NCBI GenBank assembly: GCA_041682035.1
Contig: JBFKKR010000001.1
Coordinates: 2,792-66,791, forward strand
Reading direction: 5' to 3'
Length of the DNA: 64,000 nt
From: Pseudomonadales bacterium
Lineage (GTDB): Bacteria; Pseudomonadota; Gammaproteobacteria; Pseudomonadales; JBFGWM01
Positions 55,827 to 63,423 of the stretch are shown here, piece after piece. How positions within the stretch are numbered: position 1 is the first letter of the stretch; each line of letters begins with the position of its first letter. The translations under genes were made by a program, and so were the position numbers. The notes beneath the pieces are model-generated. The model saw nothing but the letters and a program-made list of their open reading frames with translations. It had not been told where the DNA came from and did no database searches.

Positions 55827-56308
55827 GCCGACCGCCGCTGCATGCAGTTCAGGTAGAGGGTGTCCAGCGCCGCCTTGTAGAGCCGGCTGAATGCGCTGTC
55901 CGGGAACTCGAAGCCGCTGACGAAAAACGCGTTGCCGTCGTCGTACCTGCGGCGGCAGCCCAGCACCACGAGATCCTCGCTGAACAGCGCCTCGGGCTCG
56001 GCATCACACGTTGCGCACAACGTGATGCGTTCACCGGCGGGCAGGCGTACCGAGGTGGCCACGGACAGCCCACCGTCACTGATATCGAACAGCGTCGCCT
56101 CGCAGACCTGGGCGGTGTGGCCGTAACGGATCACCGACAGTTCCAGGCGCGTCACCGTCCCGTCCGGCAGCACCAGCGACAGCCCCTCGCCCGGCCGGAC
56201 CCGCCGGCTCTCGCGGCGCGCCCCGTGGACCGAATCGTCCCCTCCCATCAGGGGCGGCTGCTCCTGCACCTGGTTTGCCAGCGAAGGCGCGATAGGCCGC
56301 TCCGGCAT
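55799..56308 (-). CDS. Single-domain PilZ protein (long-spacer subtype)
   Basis: RRESRR, 38 residues, DISDGG. The C-terminal helix SRLYKAALDTLYL matches that of the di-PilZ protein. Its 3' end overlaps the desT 3' end by 28 bp in convergent orientation. Confidence 0.8.
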   Translation of the reverse strand: MPERPIAPSLANQVQEQPPLMGGDDSVHGARRESRRVRPGEGLSLVLPDGTVTRLELSVIRYGHTAQVCEATLFDISDGGLSVATSVRLPAGERITLCATCDAEPEALFSEDLVVLGCRRRYDDGNAFFVSGFEFPDSAFSRLYKAALDTLYLNCMQRRSAQPVAPLRQ

Positions 56309-56518
56309 GACCCACTCCTCAAATGGTCACTTACTGATCGACACGATACGCCCGTTTTTCCGGGCTGTCGATAACAGTGAAGACGCCTTTCGAGAACTCT
56401 GCGTATTTATAGATTCACGCCGCCCTGGGCCGCCACAGTGGCGTCCGGCGAGGTCTGGCACCCGGTCCCGGCCCTGTTTTACCCTTGCCGGTCAGAGTCC
56501 TGAGCAGGGTCCCCAGTC

Positions 56519-58030
56519 GTGCCGCGCACCATCCAGACCGACGTGCTGATCATCGGGGCCGGCGTATCCGGTATCGGCGCGGCCTGCCAGCTGCGGAAGC
56601 AATGCCCCGGCCACTCGTTTCTCCTGCTCGAGCAGCGGGCGGCAATGGGCGGCACCTGGGACCTGTTCCGCTACCCCGGGGTACGCTCCGACTCGGATGT
56701 GCTCACCTTCGGGTACGACTTCCGGCCCTGGCGCGGCGATACGGTGCTGGCTGGCGGGCCGGCCATCAAGCGCTACGTCGAGGAAACCGCCCGCGAGCAT
56801 GGCGTCGCCGACAGGGTCCGCTTCGGACGCCGGGTGATCCGCGCCGACTGGGACCCGGGCGCGGCGCGCTGGCGGCTCGGCGTCAACACCGCCGACGGCG
56901 GCGAGGAGACCTACCACGCGCGCTTCGTCATCGGTTGCACCGGTTACTACGACTACGCGGCGGGCTACCGGCCCCGCTTCCCCGGGGAAGAAACCTATCG
57001 CGGCGTCATCGTGCACCCGCAGCACTGGCCCGAGGATCTCGACCATGCCGGCAGGCAGGTGGTGGTGGTGGGCAGCGGCGCCACGGCAGCGACGCTGGTG
57101 CCGGCGATGGCGGAGACGGCCGCCCGGGTCACCATGGTGCAGCGCTCACCCTCCTACGTGGTCACGCTGCCTGCCGAGGACGGGCTGTCGCGTGTCTTGC
57201 GCAAGGTCCTGCCGGAGAGCTGGGTGTACCGGTTCGCCCGCGCGCGCAACATCTGGCTGGCGCGCATGTTCTTCAGGGCCTCGCGGGCCTGGCCGGGCCT
57301 GGTGAGACGCCTCGTCCTGGCCGGTGTGCGCAGCCAGCTCGATCCGCGCATCGGCATGGAACACTTCACGCCGCGCTACCAGCCCTGGGACCAGCGTGTC
57401 TGCTTCGTGCCTGACGGCGACCTGTTCGAGGCGCTGAACAGCGGCCGGGCCGGGGTGGTGACCAGCCAGCTGGAATCGTTTACCGAAACCGGGGTGCGCT
57501 GTGCATCGGGGCAGGAAATCCCCGCGGACATCGTCGTGCTCGCCACCGGCCTCAACATCCAGATGATGGGCGGCGCGGAGATCCGCGTCGCGGGCGAGCC
57601 GGTGAACATCGCCGAAAGGCTGGTTTACAAGGCCTGCATGCTGGAAGGCATCCCCAACGCCGCCATGGTGTTCGGCTACACCAACGCCACCTGGACACTC
57701 AAGGTGAACATCGCCTGCGCCTATATCTGCCGGCTGCTCAACCACATGCAGGACGCCGGCCATGACTGGGCCTGCCCGGCGGAGAACCACGGCATCGCCA
57801 GCGGCGAGTCGGTGTTCGGATCGCTGATGTCCGGCTATGTCCGCCGCGCCGCGCAGATCCTGCCGCGCCAGGGCACGGTGCCACCCTGGCGGGTGCAACA
57901 CGATTTCCCGCGCGACCGGCGCATGCTGCTGAAAGACCGCATCGAGGACGGCGTACTCCGTTTCGGCGTCGCGCCGCAGAAGGATCACGCCACGGTGCTG
58001 GCGCCGCCCGCGTCGGAACCAGTACCATGA
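56519..58030 (+). CDS. Type I Baeyer-Villiger / flavin monooxygenase (EthA-like)
   Basis: GTG start. GAGVSGIG FAD motif, the fingerprint YRGVIVHPQHWP, and a second Rossmann motif VVVVGSGATA. Confidence 0.87.
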   Translation: MPRTIQTDVLIIGAGVSGIGAACQLRKQCPGHSFLLLEQRAAMGGTWDLFRYPGVRSDSDVLTFGYDFRPWRGDTVLAGGPAIKRYVEETAREHGVADRVRFGRRVIRADWDPGAARWRLGVNTADGGEETYHARFVIGCTGYYDYAAGYRPRFPGEETYRGVIVHPQHWPEDLDHAGRQVVVVGSGATAATLVPAMAETAARVTMVQRSPSYVVTLPAEDGLSRVLRKVLPESWVYRFARARNIWLARMFFRASRAWPGLVRRLVLAGVRSQLDPRIGMEHFTPRYQPWDQRVCFVPDGDLFEALNSGRAGVVTSQLESFTETGVRCASGQEIPADIVVLATGLNIQMMGGAEIRVAGEPVNIAERLVYKACMLEGIPNAAMVFGYTNATWTLKVNIACAYICRLLNHMQDAGHDWACPAENHGIASGESVFGSLMSGYVRRAAQILPRQGTVPPWRVQHDFPRDRRMLLKDRIEDGVLRFGVAPQKDHATVLAPPASEPVP

Positions 58031-58068
58031 GCGCCATCGAGAAATTCGCCTGACAGGAGCGTGTCTGC

Positions 58069-58368
58069 ATGGCAAACGAGGGCTACCACGAGCCGATCGA
58101 GGAACTGAGCGACGAGACGCGGGACATGCACCGCGCCATCAGCTCGCTGATGGAGGAACTGGAGGCGGTCGACTGGTACAACCAGCGCGTGGATGCGTGC
58201 AAGGATGCCGCCCTGAAATCGATCCTGGAACACAACCGGGATGAGGAAAAGGAACACGCGGCCATGGTGCTGGAGTGGATCCGCCGCAAGGACCCGAGGT
58301 TCGATCACGAACTGCGCGACTTCCTGTTCACCGACAAGCCCATCACGCACCCGCACGACCACGACTGA
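58069..58368 (+). CDS. Encapsulated-ferritin-like (EncFtn) protein lacking a C-terminal targeting extension
   Basis: CAGGAG RBS. HEPIEELSDETRDMHRAISSLMEELEAVDWYNQRVDACKD...HNRDEEKEHAAMVLEWIRR matches my recollection of the EncFtn core, including the E/Y/ExxH ferroxidase residues. The protein ends 99 aa in, at ...THPHDHD. Confidence 0.82.
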   Translation: MANEGYHEPIEELSDETRDMHRAISSLMEELEAVDWYNQRVDACKDAALKSILEHNRDEEKEHAAMVLEWIRRKDPRFDHELRDFLFTDKPITHPHDHD

Positions 58369-58374
58369 ACGCGG

Positions 58375-59343
58375 TCAGGAACGCCGCGACAGCCGTTGCG
58401 GCAGCTCCAGGATCATCTGCTTCAGTTCCGGCTGGTTGACCCGCTCGGCGGCGGTGGCGACCGGCAGCCACTGCCGGGCCCGGTGCTGCTCCTCCCACTC
58501 CGCCTCCTGCAGCACGCGCTGCACCTGCATCGGGAACAGCGTCACGGTACAGCGCGCACCCCACTTGTCGATTCCGTAGCTGCCCAGTTCCATGTCGAGT
58601 ACCCGGCCGGTCACGCCCGCCTCCTCCAGCGCCTCCTCCGCGGCTGACTCCTGCGGCGTGCGGCCGGGTCCGCAAACACCCTTGGGCACCATCCAGCTGT
58701 CGCGCTGGCTGGACTGGATGACGAGCACCTCGAACCGGCCCTTCCGCTCGCGGTAGGGAATCACGCCGGACTGCGTGTAGTAATAGGCGGGTCGTTTCCG
58801 GCCTTCCTTCCCGTCCGGCGGCGGGTAGGGGAATCGCTTCGGCAGCTCGCGTCCCGACACCAACCGGCGGTACTGGCTGTTGCCCGGCTGTAGCGCATCC
58901 AGGGGGTCTTCGGTCTGCAGGTGCGCGAGCGTGGCCCGGCGCAGGAGCCTGCCCTTCGCGGCGAGTTCCCGGTGCGGTTGCGCGAGGTGGCGGACCAGAT
59001 CGTCGCAGGCCGGCCGGTGCAGCACCACCAGCACGCGCGCAGCATCCGCGGCACGCTCCGCCAGGACGGCGAGCACCTCATCCAGCCCACCCCGGTAAAG
59101 CCGCTCATCCTCACGGATCATCGCGGCGGAACGGTCCATGGCCATGCAGCAATGCTCGGCGGACACCAGCGCCCGTTCGGCGGGAGAGGTCAGCACCAGG
59201 TCCGGCCGCAGTTCCTGCTGCCACAACCACACGCCAATGCGTTGCACGGCACGCTCACCGCGGTTGTGCAGGGGCATCTCGGCATGCTCCAGTCCCGGCA
59301 GGGTCATGGCCCGGCCGTGCCGCATCACCAGCAGGTCACGCAT
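58375..59343 (-). CDS. Fusion: SixA-like histidine phosphatase (N) + Nudix hydrolase (C)
   Basis: The RHG motif LLVMRHGRA and the second His in VVLHRP form the N-terminal domain. The Nudix box is PKGVCGPGRTPQESAAEEALEEAGV. Confidence 0.8.
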   Translation of the reverse strand: MRDLLVMRHGRAMTLPGLEHAEMPLHNRGERAVQRIGVWLWQQELRPDLVLTSPAERALVSAEHCCMAMDRSAAMIREDERLYRGGLDEVLAVLAERAADAARVLVVLHRPACDDLVRHLAQPHRELAAKGRLLRRATLAHLQTEDPLDALQPGNSQYRRLVSGRELPKRFPYPPPDGKEGRKRPAYYYTQSGVIPYRERKGRFEVLVIQSSQRDSWMVPKGVCGPGRTPQESAAEEALEEAGVTGRVLDMELGSYGIDKWGARCTVTLFPMQVQRVLQEAEWEEQHRARQWLPVATAAERVNQPELKQMILELPQRLSRRS

Positions 59344-59361
59344 CCCCTGCGGCCCGGCTGA

Positions 59362-59853
59362 CTAGGAATCGGCGTCGGCGTCACGGAAAACGCCGAGGTA
59401 GTTTCCGGCGACCGTGCCCGTGGCCACTTCCCGGGTCAGGAACGGGTGCGACACGTCCGCCTCCTGCAACCGGTCCAGGGGCAGCCACTCCACGCCGACC
59501 TGGTGCTGGTCCGGCTTGTGCCCGTTGTGCGGCTCGTAACCGGCCGGCACCTCACAGCGGAACAGGCACTCCAGCAGGTGCCGGATCTGGTTTTTCTGGG
59601 AGGTGCGGCGACGGAAGTACTCGGCCAGGTAGACCAGGCCGGTCATCTGCACCGGCACGCCGATCTCCTCCTCGCACTCACGCTGCAGCGTGCTTTCCAG
59701 CGTTTCGCCCTCTTCCTGCGCACCCCCCGGCAGGGCGTAGCGAATCGCTCCGTCCTCGTACTCCTTGCGCAGCAGCAGGACCGCCCCGTCACGCACGATC
59801 AGCGCGCGGGCGGCGTTGCGAATGTCTGGCGGCGAATCGGGCATGCGCGGCAC
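59362..59853 (-). CDS. Nudix hydrolase
   Basis: LPGGAQEEGETLESTLQRECEEEIGV Nudix box. Confidence 0.88.
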   Translation of the reverse strand: MPRMPDSPPDIRNAARALIVRDGAVLLLRKEYEDGAIRYALPGGAQEEGETLESTLQRECEEEIGVPVQMTGLVYLAEYFRRRTSQKNQIRHLLECLFRCEVPAGYEPHNGHKPDQHQVGVEWLPLDRLQEADVSHPFLTREVATGTVAGNYLGVFRDADADS

Positions 59854-59875
59854 GAGCCATCGTCAGGTCAGGATG

Positions 59876-61306
59876 TCATGAAGGATAGCTGAGGCCGGCC
59901 GTGACCGAGGTCTGGCGCGGCCACGGCATGGCCTCCTCCAGCGCGAAGGCGATCTCCAGCAACTGGCGTTCACGGCCCAGGCCGGCCGCGAACTGCACGC
60001 CGATCGGCAATCCGCTTTCGGTGCGGCCCAGGGGCAGGCTGATCGCCGGGGCGCCACTGACATTCTGCGCCGGGGTGTAGGCGGTGAAGCAGCGCAGGCG
60101 ATCCAGCGCCACGTCCAGGGGCAGGTCCAGCGCCAGGTGACCAAGCGGCGGCGGCGGGGTGGCGACCGTGGGCGTCAGCAGCAGGTCGAAGCGCTGCAGC
60201 AGGTCCGCGTGGATGGCGCGAAATCGCTGCAGGCGCTTCACCGCCCCGGGCAGGCGGTGCAGGTTGCTGCGGAAATGCACTGCGAGGTCGCGGGTGAGCG
60301 GTTCGACCCGGGACGGCTGGAAACGCCGGTCGACCACCGCGCGGCCGAACCAGCGCACGGAGGCGGCCAGCATGGCCCAGTAGAGCAGGAAATCGTCCGC
60401 CATCTGCTGGTCGAAGGGCGTGTCGATCTCCTCCACGGTGTGACCCAGTTCGAGGCACATCGACGCCACACGCTCCACCACCCGGCGGCAGGCCGGATCG
60501 CAGTCGCCGCCGTCCGGGCGGCGCGTGTACATCGCGATGCGCAGCCGCTGGCGGCCGGGGTGCTCCACCACCCCGATCGCCGGCAGGGCGGGGTTCTTCC
60601 AGACCTGCTCGGCGGCCGCCATGAACGCGGCGGTATCACGCACGCTGCGCGAGACGACGCCGTCGGCCACCAGGTTGATCGGCAGCAGGTCGGCCATCTC
60701 GTGGACGCGGACCCGCTCCCGGCTGGGCTTCAGGCCGACCAGCCCGCAACAGGATGCCGGGATGCGGATGGAGCCCCCGCCATCGTTGGCGTGCGCGATC
60801 GGCACCACGCCGGCCGCCACCAGCGCGGCGGACCCGCCGGACGAGCCGCCGGTGGTGTGATCGGTGTGCCATGGGTTGCGCGCGGGCCGGGCCCGCGAAA
60901 ACTCGGTGGTGGCGGTGAAGCCGAACTCGGGGAGCCGCGTCTTGGCGATCGGCAACTGGCCGGTCCGCAGCAGCTGTTCCGCGAAGCGGCCGTCCCGGCG
61001 TACCGGGACCGCCGGCGTGGCGCGCGAGCCGTGCCGGGTCGGGGTCCCGGCGATGTCGGTGTTGTCCTTGATCAGCGAGGGGACACCGGCGAACCAGCCA
61101 CCGGCCGCGGTCCCGGCCAGCCGCTCCAGCTGGTCCGTGAGCAGGCACTCGGTGGCGCACAGCGCCCCCTCCACGGCGTCCAGCCGGCGCAGCGCTGCGC
61201 CCGCTGCCTCCAGGGGCGTGAATTCGCCGTCGCGCAGCCGGCGGGCAATCTCCGTGGCGTCGGCGTCGCCGAGCAGGTCATCGATGGGCGCAGCGATGCG
61301 CGACAT
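59876..61306 (-). CDS. Amidase-signature family amidase
   Basis: ATG at 61306, 5 nt after GGAGG. GGSSGGSAALVAAG and GGSIRIPASCCGLVGLKP. Confidence 0.9.
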   Translation of the reverse strand: MSRIAAPIDDLLGDADATEIARRLRDGEFTPLEAAGAALRRLDAVEGALCATECLLTDQLERLAGTAAGGWFAGVPSLIKDNTDIAGTPTRHGSRATPAVPVRRDGRFAEQLLRTGQLPIAKTRLPEFGFTATTEFSRARPARNPWHTDHTTGGSSGGSAALVAAGVVPIAHANDGGGSIRIPASCCGLVGLKPSRERVRVHEMADLLPINLVADGVVSRSVRDTAAFMAAAEQVWKNPALPAIGVVEHPGRQRLRIAMYTRRPDGGDCDPACRRVVERVASMCLELGHTVEEIDTPFDQQMADDFLLYWAMLAASVRWFGRAVVDRRFQPSRVEPLTRDLAVHFRSNLHRLPGAVKRLQRFRAIHADLLQRFDLLLTPTVATPPPPLGHLALDLPLDVALDRLRCFTAYTPAQNVSGAPAISLPLGRTESGLPIGVQFAAGLGRERQLLEIAFALEEAMPWPRQTSVTAGLSYPS

Positions 61307-61388
61307 GAAGGCCTCCATGCGGGTCCTGGATACAGCAGGCGAGACTGGCATACGCCCCTCGCCCGCGCAACGGGAAAGGTTGGGGAAT

Positions 61389-61411
61389 GTTCAGACTGAA
61401 GTCTGACCTAC
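61389..61411. repeat. Single REP-like hairpin (inverted orientation)
   Basis: The reverse complement reads GTAGGTCAGACTTCAGTCTGAAC, the same family as the elements at 4548-4645 and 7620-7681. Confidence 0.65.
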
Positions 61412-61430
61412 GGGCGGTTTTCGCCCCACA

Positions 61431-61462
61431 AAAGAAAAGCCCGCGCGGTTGCGCGGGCTTTT
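61431..61462 (-). terminator. Rho-independent terminator of the small secreted-protein gene
   Basis: The minus strand reads AAGCCCGCGC-aacc-GCGCGGGCTT followed by TTCTTTTG. Confidence 0.8.
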
Positions 61463-61479
61463 CGGTGCCCCGGCCGGGG

Positions 61480-61899
61480 TCAGCAGGTCAGCGCCAGGCC
61501 GGTGCAGACCTCGTTGACCACGCCACTGACGACGCCACCGATGGCGCCCGGGTCAGTGGGGATGTCACCGGTGAGGTTACCGATCGCGTCGTTCACCGCG
61601 CCGAGATTGGTCGGGTCATTGAGCAGGTCCTGGATCGTGTCGCCCAGGTCCCCGTTCGCACCGTCGATGATCCCCTGCAGGAAGGCGGTCAGCAGGAAGC
61701 CGGCATTCATCAGGTTGCTGTCGTCCGCGCCGATTTCCGGCTGGCTACGGCTCCTGTCATCATGGTCGGCGGCCAGGATGCGGGCCAGCGCGTCACTGTC
61801 GGTGGACGCCCAGGCGCCCCACTCGGAATCTTCCACTGCCAGCGCCGAACTGGCACCCAAGGTGCTGGCCAGGGCAACGGCCAGTGCAAGCTTCTTCAT
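61480..61899 (-). CDS. Small secreted acidic protein (139 aa) with C-terminal C-x6-C
   Basis: ATG at 61899 after GGAGAG. Signal peptide MKKLALAVALASTLGASSALA|VE with no lipobox Cys. The mature part is rich in Asp/Gly/Asn/Leu and ends CTGLALTC. Confidence 0.75.
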   Translation of the reverse strand: MKKLALAVALASTLGASSALAVEDSEWGAWASTDSDALARILAADHDDRSRSQPEIGADDSNLMNAGFLLTAFLQGIIDGANGDLGDTIQDLLNDPTNLGAVNDAIGNLTGDIPTDPGAIGGVVSGVVNEVCTGLALTC

Positions 61900-62058
61900 C
61901 TGATCTCTCCTTTCGTGTCCCGCTACCGGGACGGCATGGTTAGGCTGAATTGCCATAACCATAGAGTCTAGGGCCGCCCGGGGTGGACGCATATTGATCA
62001 AGGGTACTACCTTGCGGTTGCGAAATTCCCGTATTAGGAACCTCTGCCCTGCCCCTTC

Positions 62059-63333
62059 CTAGTCCACCCGCAGCGTGACGCCCGCCTGGAGCACCTCGCG
62101 CTCGTACTCGAATGCATCACCGTTCGCGTCGAGATCCACATCCATCCACTGGACGCTGAAAAGCCAGTTGTTCAGCGCATAATCCACCCCGGCAACCTGC
62201 CGCTTCTCTTCGGTCCGGCGCGCTGCACCGCCGAGCAGCGGCTCACTACCCTCGTAGTCTGCGTCCTTGTGGCGATACTGGGCGTAGAGTCGCCAGGCAT
62301 TGGCGAGACGCCACTGCCAGTCCAGCTGGTAGCCATCCGCATCGTGCTCGAACCGGCTTTGTTCCGCGGTCTGGGTATAGAAGAAATATCCCGCCTTGGC
62401 GCGCATCCCGCGCAGGAGCGGCAGTTCGTAGGCGAACCCCAGTCCATAGCGCTGGCCCTGCAGATCGGAGCTGGCATTGCTTCCGTACTCGCGCGCCTGG
62501 ATGATGCCGTCGACCTTGACGCTGCCCGGACCAACGGGAACGCTGACACCCGGCATCAGCGAGTAGAACGTGGCGAGGTAGTCGCCCCCCTGCTCGATGT
62601 AATCCGCCCGCACCTTGGCCTGCAGGGTGGTTCCGTTGGAAACACGCAGCACCGGACCGGTACCAAAGCTCAGCACGGTCAGCTCGAAGTCGTCGACGTC
62701 ATCCCCACTGTGGAACTTGTTGTAGAAGTAGGCCTGCGACTCGATCGACATCTTGGAGGGCTTGCCGCGGAACTCGCCCGAACTGGGTGAGCGGTACACG
62801 TGGTTGACCGCGACCCGGGTGGCTGTCAGCGTGGCATCGCGGTCCTGGAAGGCGGGATTCACGGCCAGGCCGCTGTCGAGCACGTCGGCGTTGATCCCGT
62901 TGTTGACGTTATCGTCATCGCCGACGAACAGCGAGAACTCGTAGCTGAAGCTGTGCGGGCTTTCCTCGGCTGCGCTCTTGCGCTCGCTCACCAGTTCGTT
63001 GAACTTCTCGACGTTGTCCTTGACCGCGTCCGGCAGGTCCTCGGTCTCCAGCACCTCGTTGGCCAGCCGCTCGGCCTCGTCGTAGATGCCGGCCTGCAGG
63101 TAGGCCACGGCCAGTTCCAGCTTCACCCGGTCCGCGTCCGGCGCCTCCTCCAGGATCTTCTGCAACTGGGCGATCGCGCGGTAAACCTCTCCGTCGCGCC
63201 GGTCGCTCAGGGCATCGCCCAGAACCTGGGCGTCGAAAGAGGTGGCTGCTTGCAGCGGCGCAGCGGACAGCCCGGCGCAGGCGACCAAAACACCGGGAAG
63301 TACGCGCAGAATTCTGTTCATTGTGAGGTGCAT
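62059..63333 (-). CDS. Outer-membrane TPR + beta-barrel protein, Slam/DUF560-like (start 63333 or 63321)
   Basis: Signal peptide VLVACAGLSAAPLQA. TPR-like YRAIAQLQKILEEAPDADRVKLELAVAYLQAGIYDEAERLANEVL. About 300 aa with alternating hydrophobic strands (FSLFVGDDDNVNNGINAD...YALNNWLFSVQW...LQAGVTLRVD). Confidence 0.62.
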   Translation of the reverse strand: MHLTMNRILRVLPGVLVACAGLSAAPLQAATSFDAQVLGDALSDRRDGEVYRAIAQLQKILEEAPDADRVKLELAVAYLQAGIYDEAERLANEVLETEDLPDAVKDNVEKFNELVSERKSAAEESPHSFSYEFSLFVGDDDNVNNGINADVLDSGLAVNPAFQDRDATLTATRVAVNHVYRSPSSGEFRGKPSKMSIESQAYFYNKFHSGDDVDDFELTVLSFGTGPVLRVSNGTTLQAKVRADYIEQGGDYLATFYSLMPGVSVPVGPGSVKVDGIIQAREYGSNASSDLQGQRYGLGFAYELPLLRGMRAKAGYFFYTQTAEQSRFEHDADGYQLDWQWRLANAWRLYAQYRHKDADYEGSEPLLGGAARRTEEKRQVAGVDYALNNWLFSVQWMDVDLDANGDAFEYEREVLQAGVTLRVD

Positions 63334-63423
63334 CCTTTCTCACGGGGCGTGTCGAAAAAGTCTAGATCACAAACAGAAAACCACCAGCCGATCATTGACT
63401 TATGATTTTCGCTCTTTATGAAA

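Noticed and set aside
58069-59343. Possible encapsulin nanocompartment operon, because of the EncFtn-like gene.
   Set aside because: The downstream gene is on the opposite strand and is a SixA-Nudix fusion. No HK97-fold shell-like ORF is present in any frame nearby, and the EncFtn-like protein has no C-terminal targeting extension. It is reported instead as an orphan.
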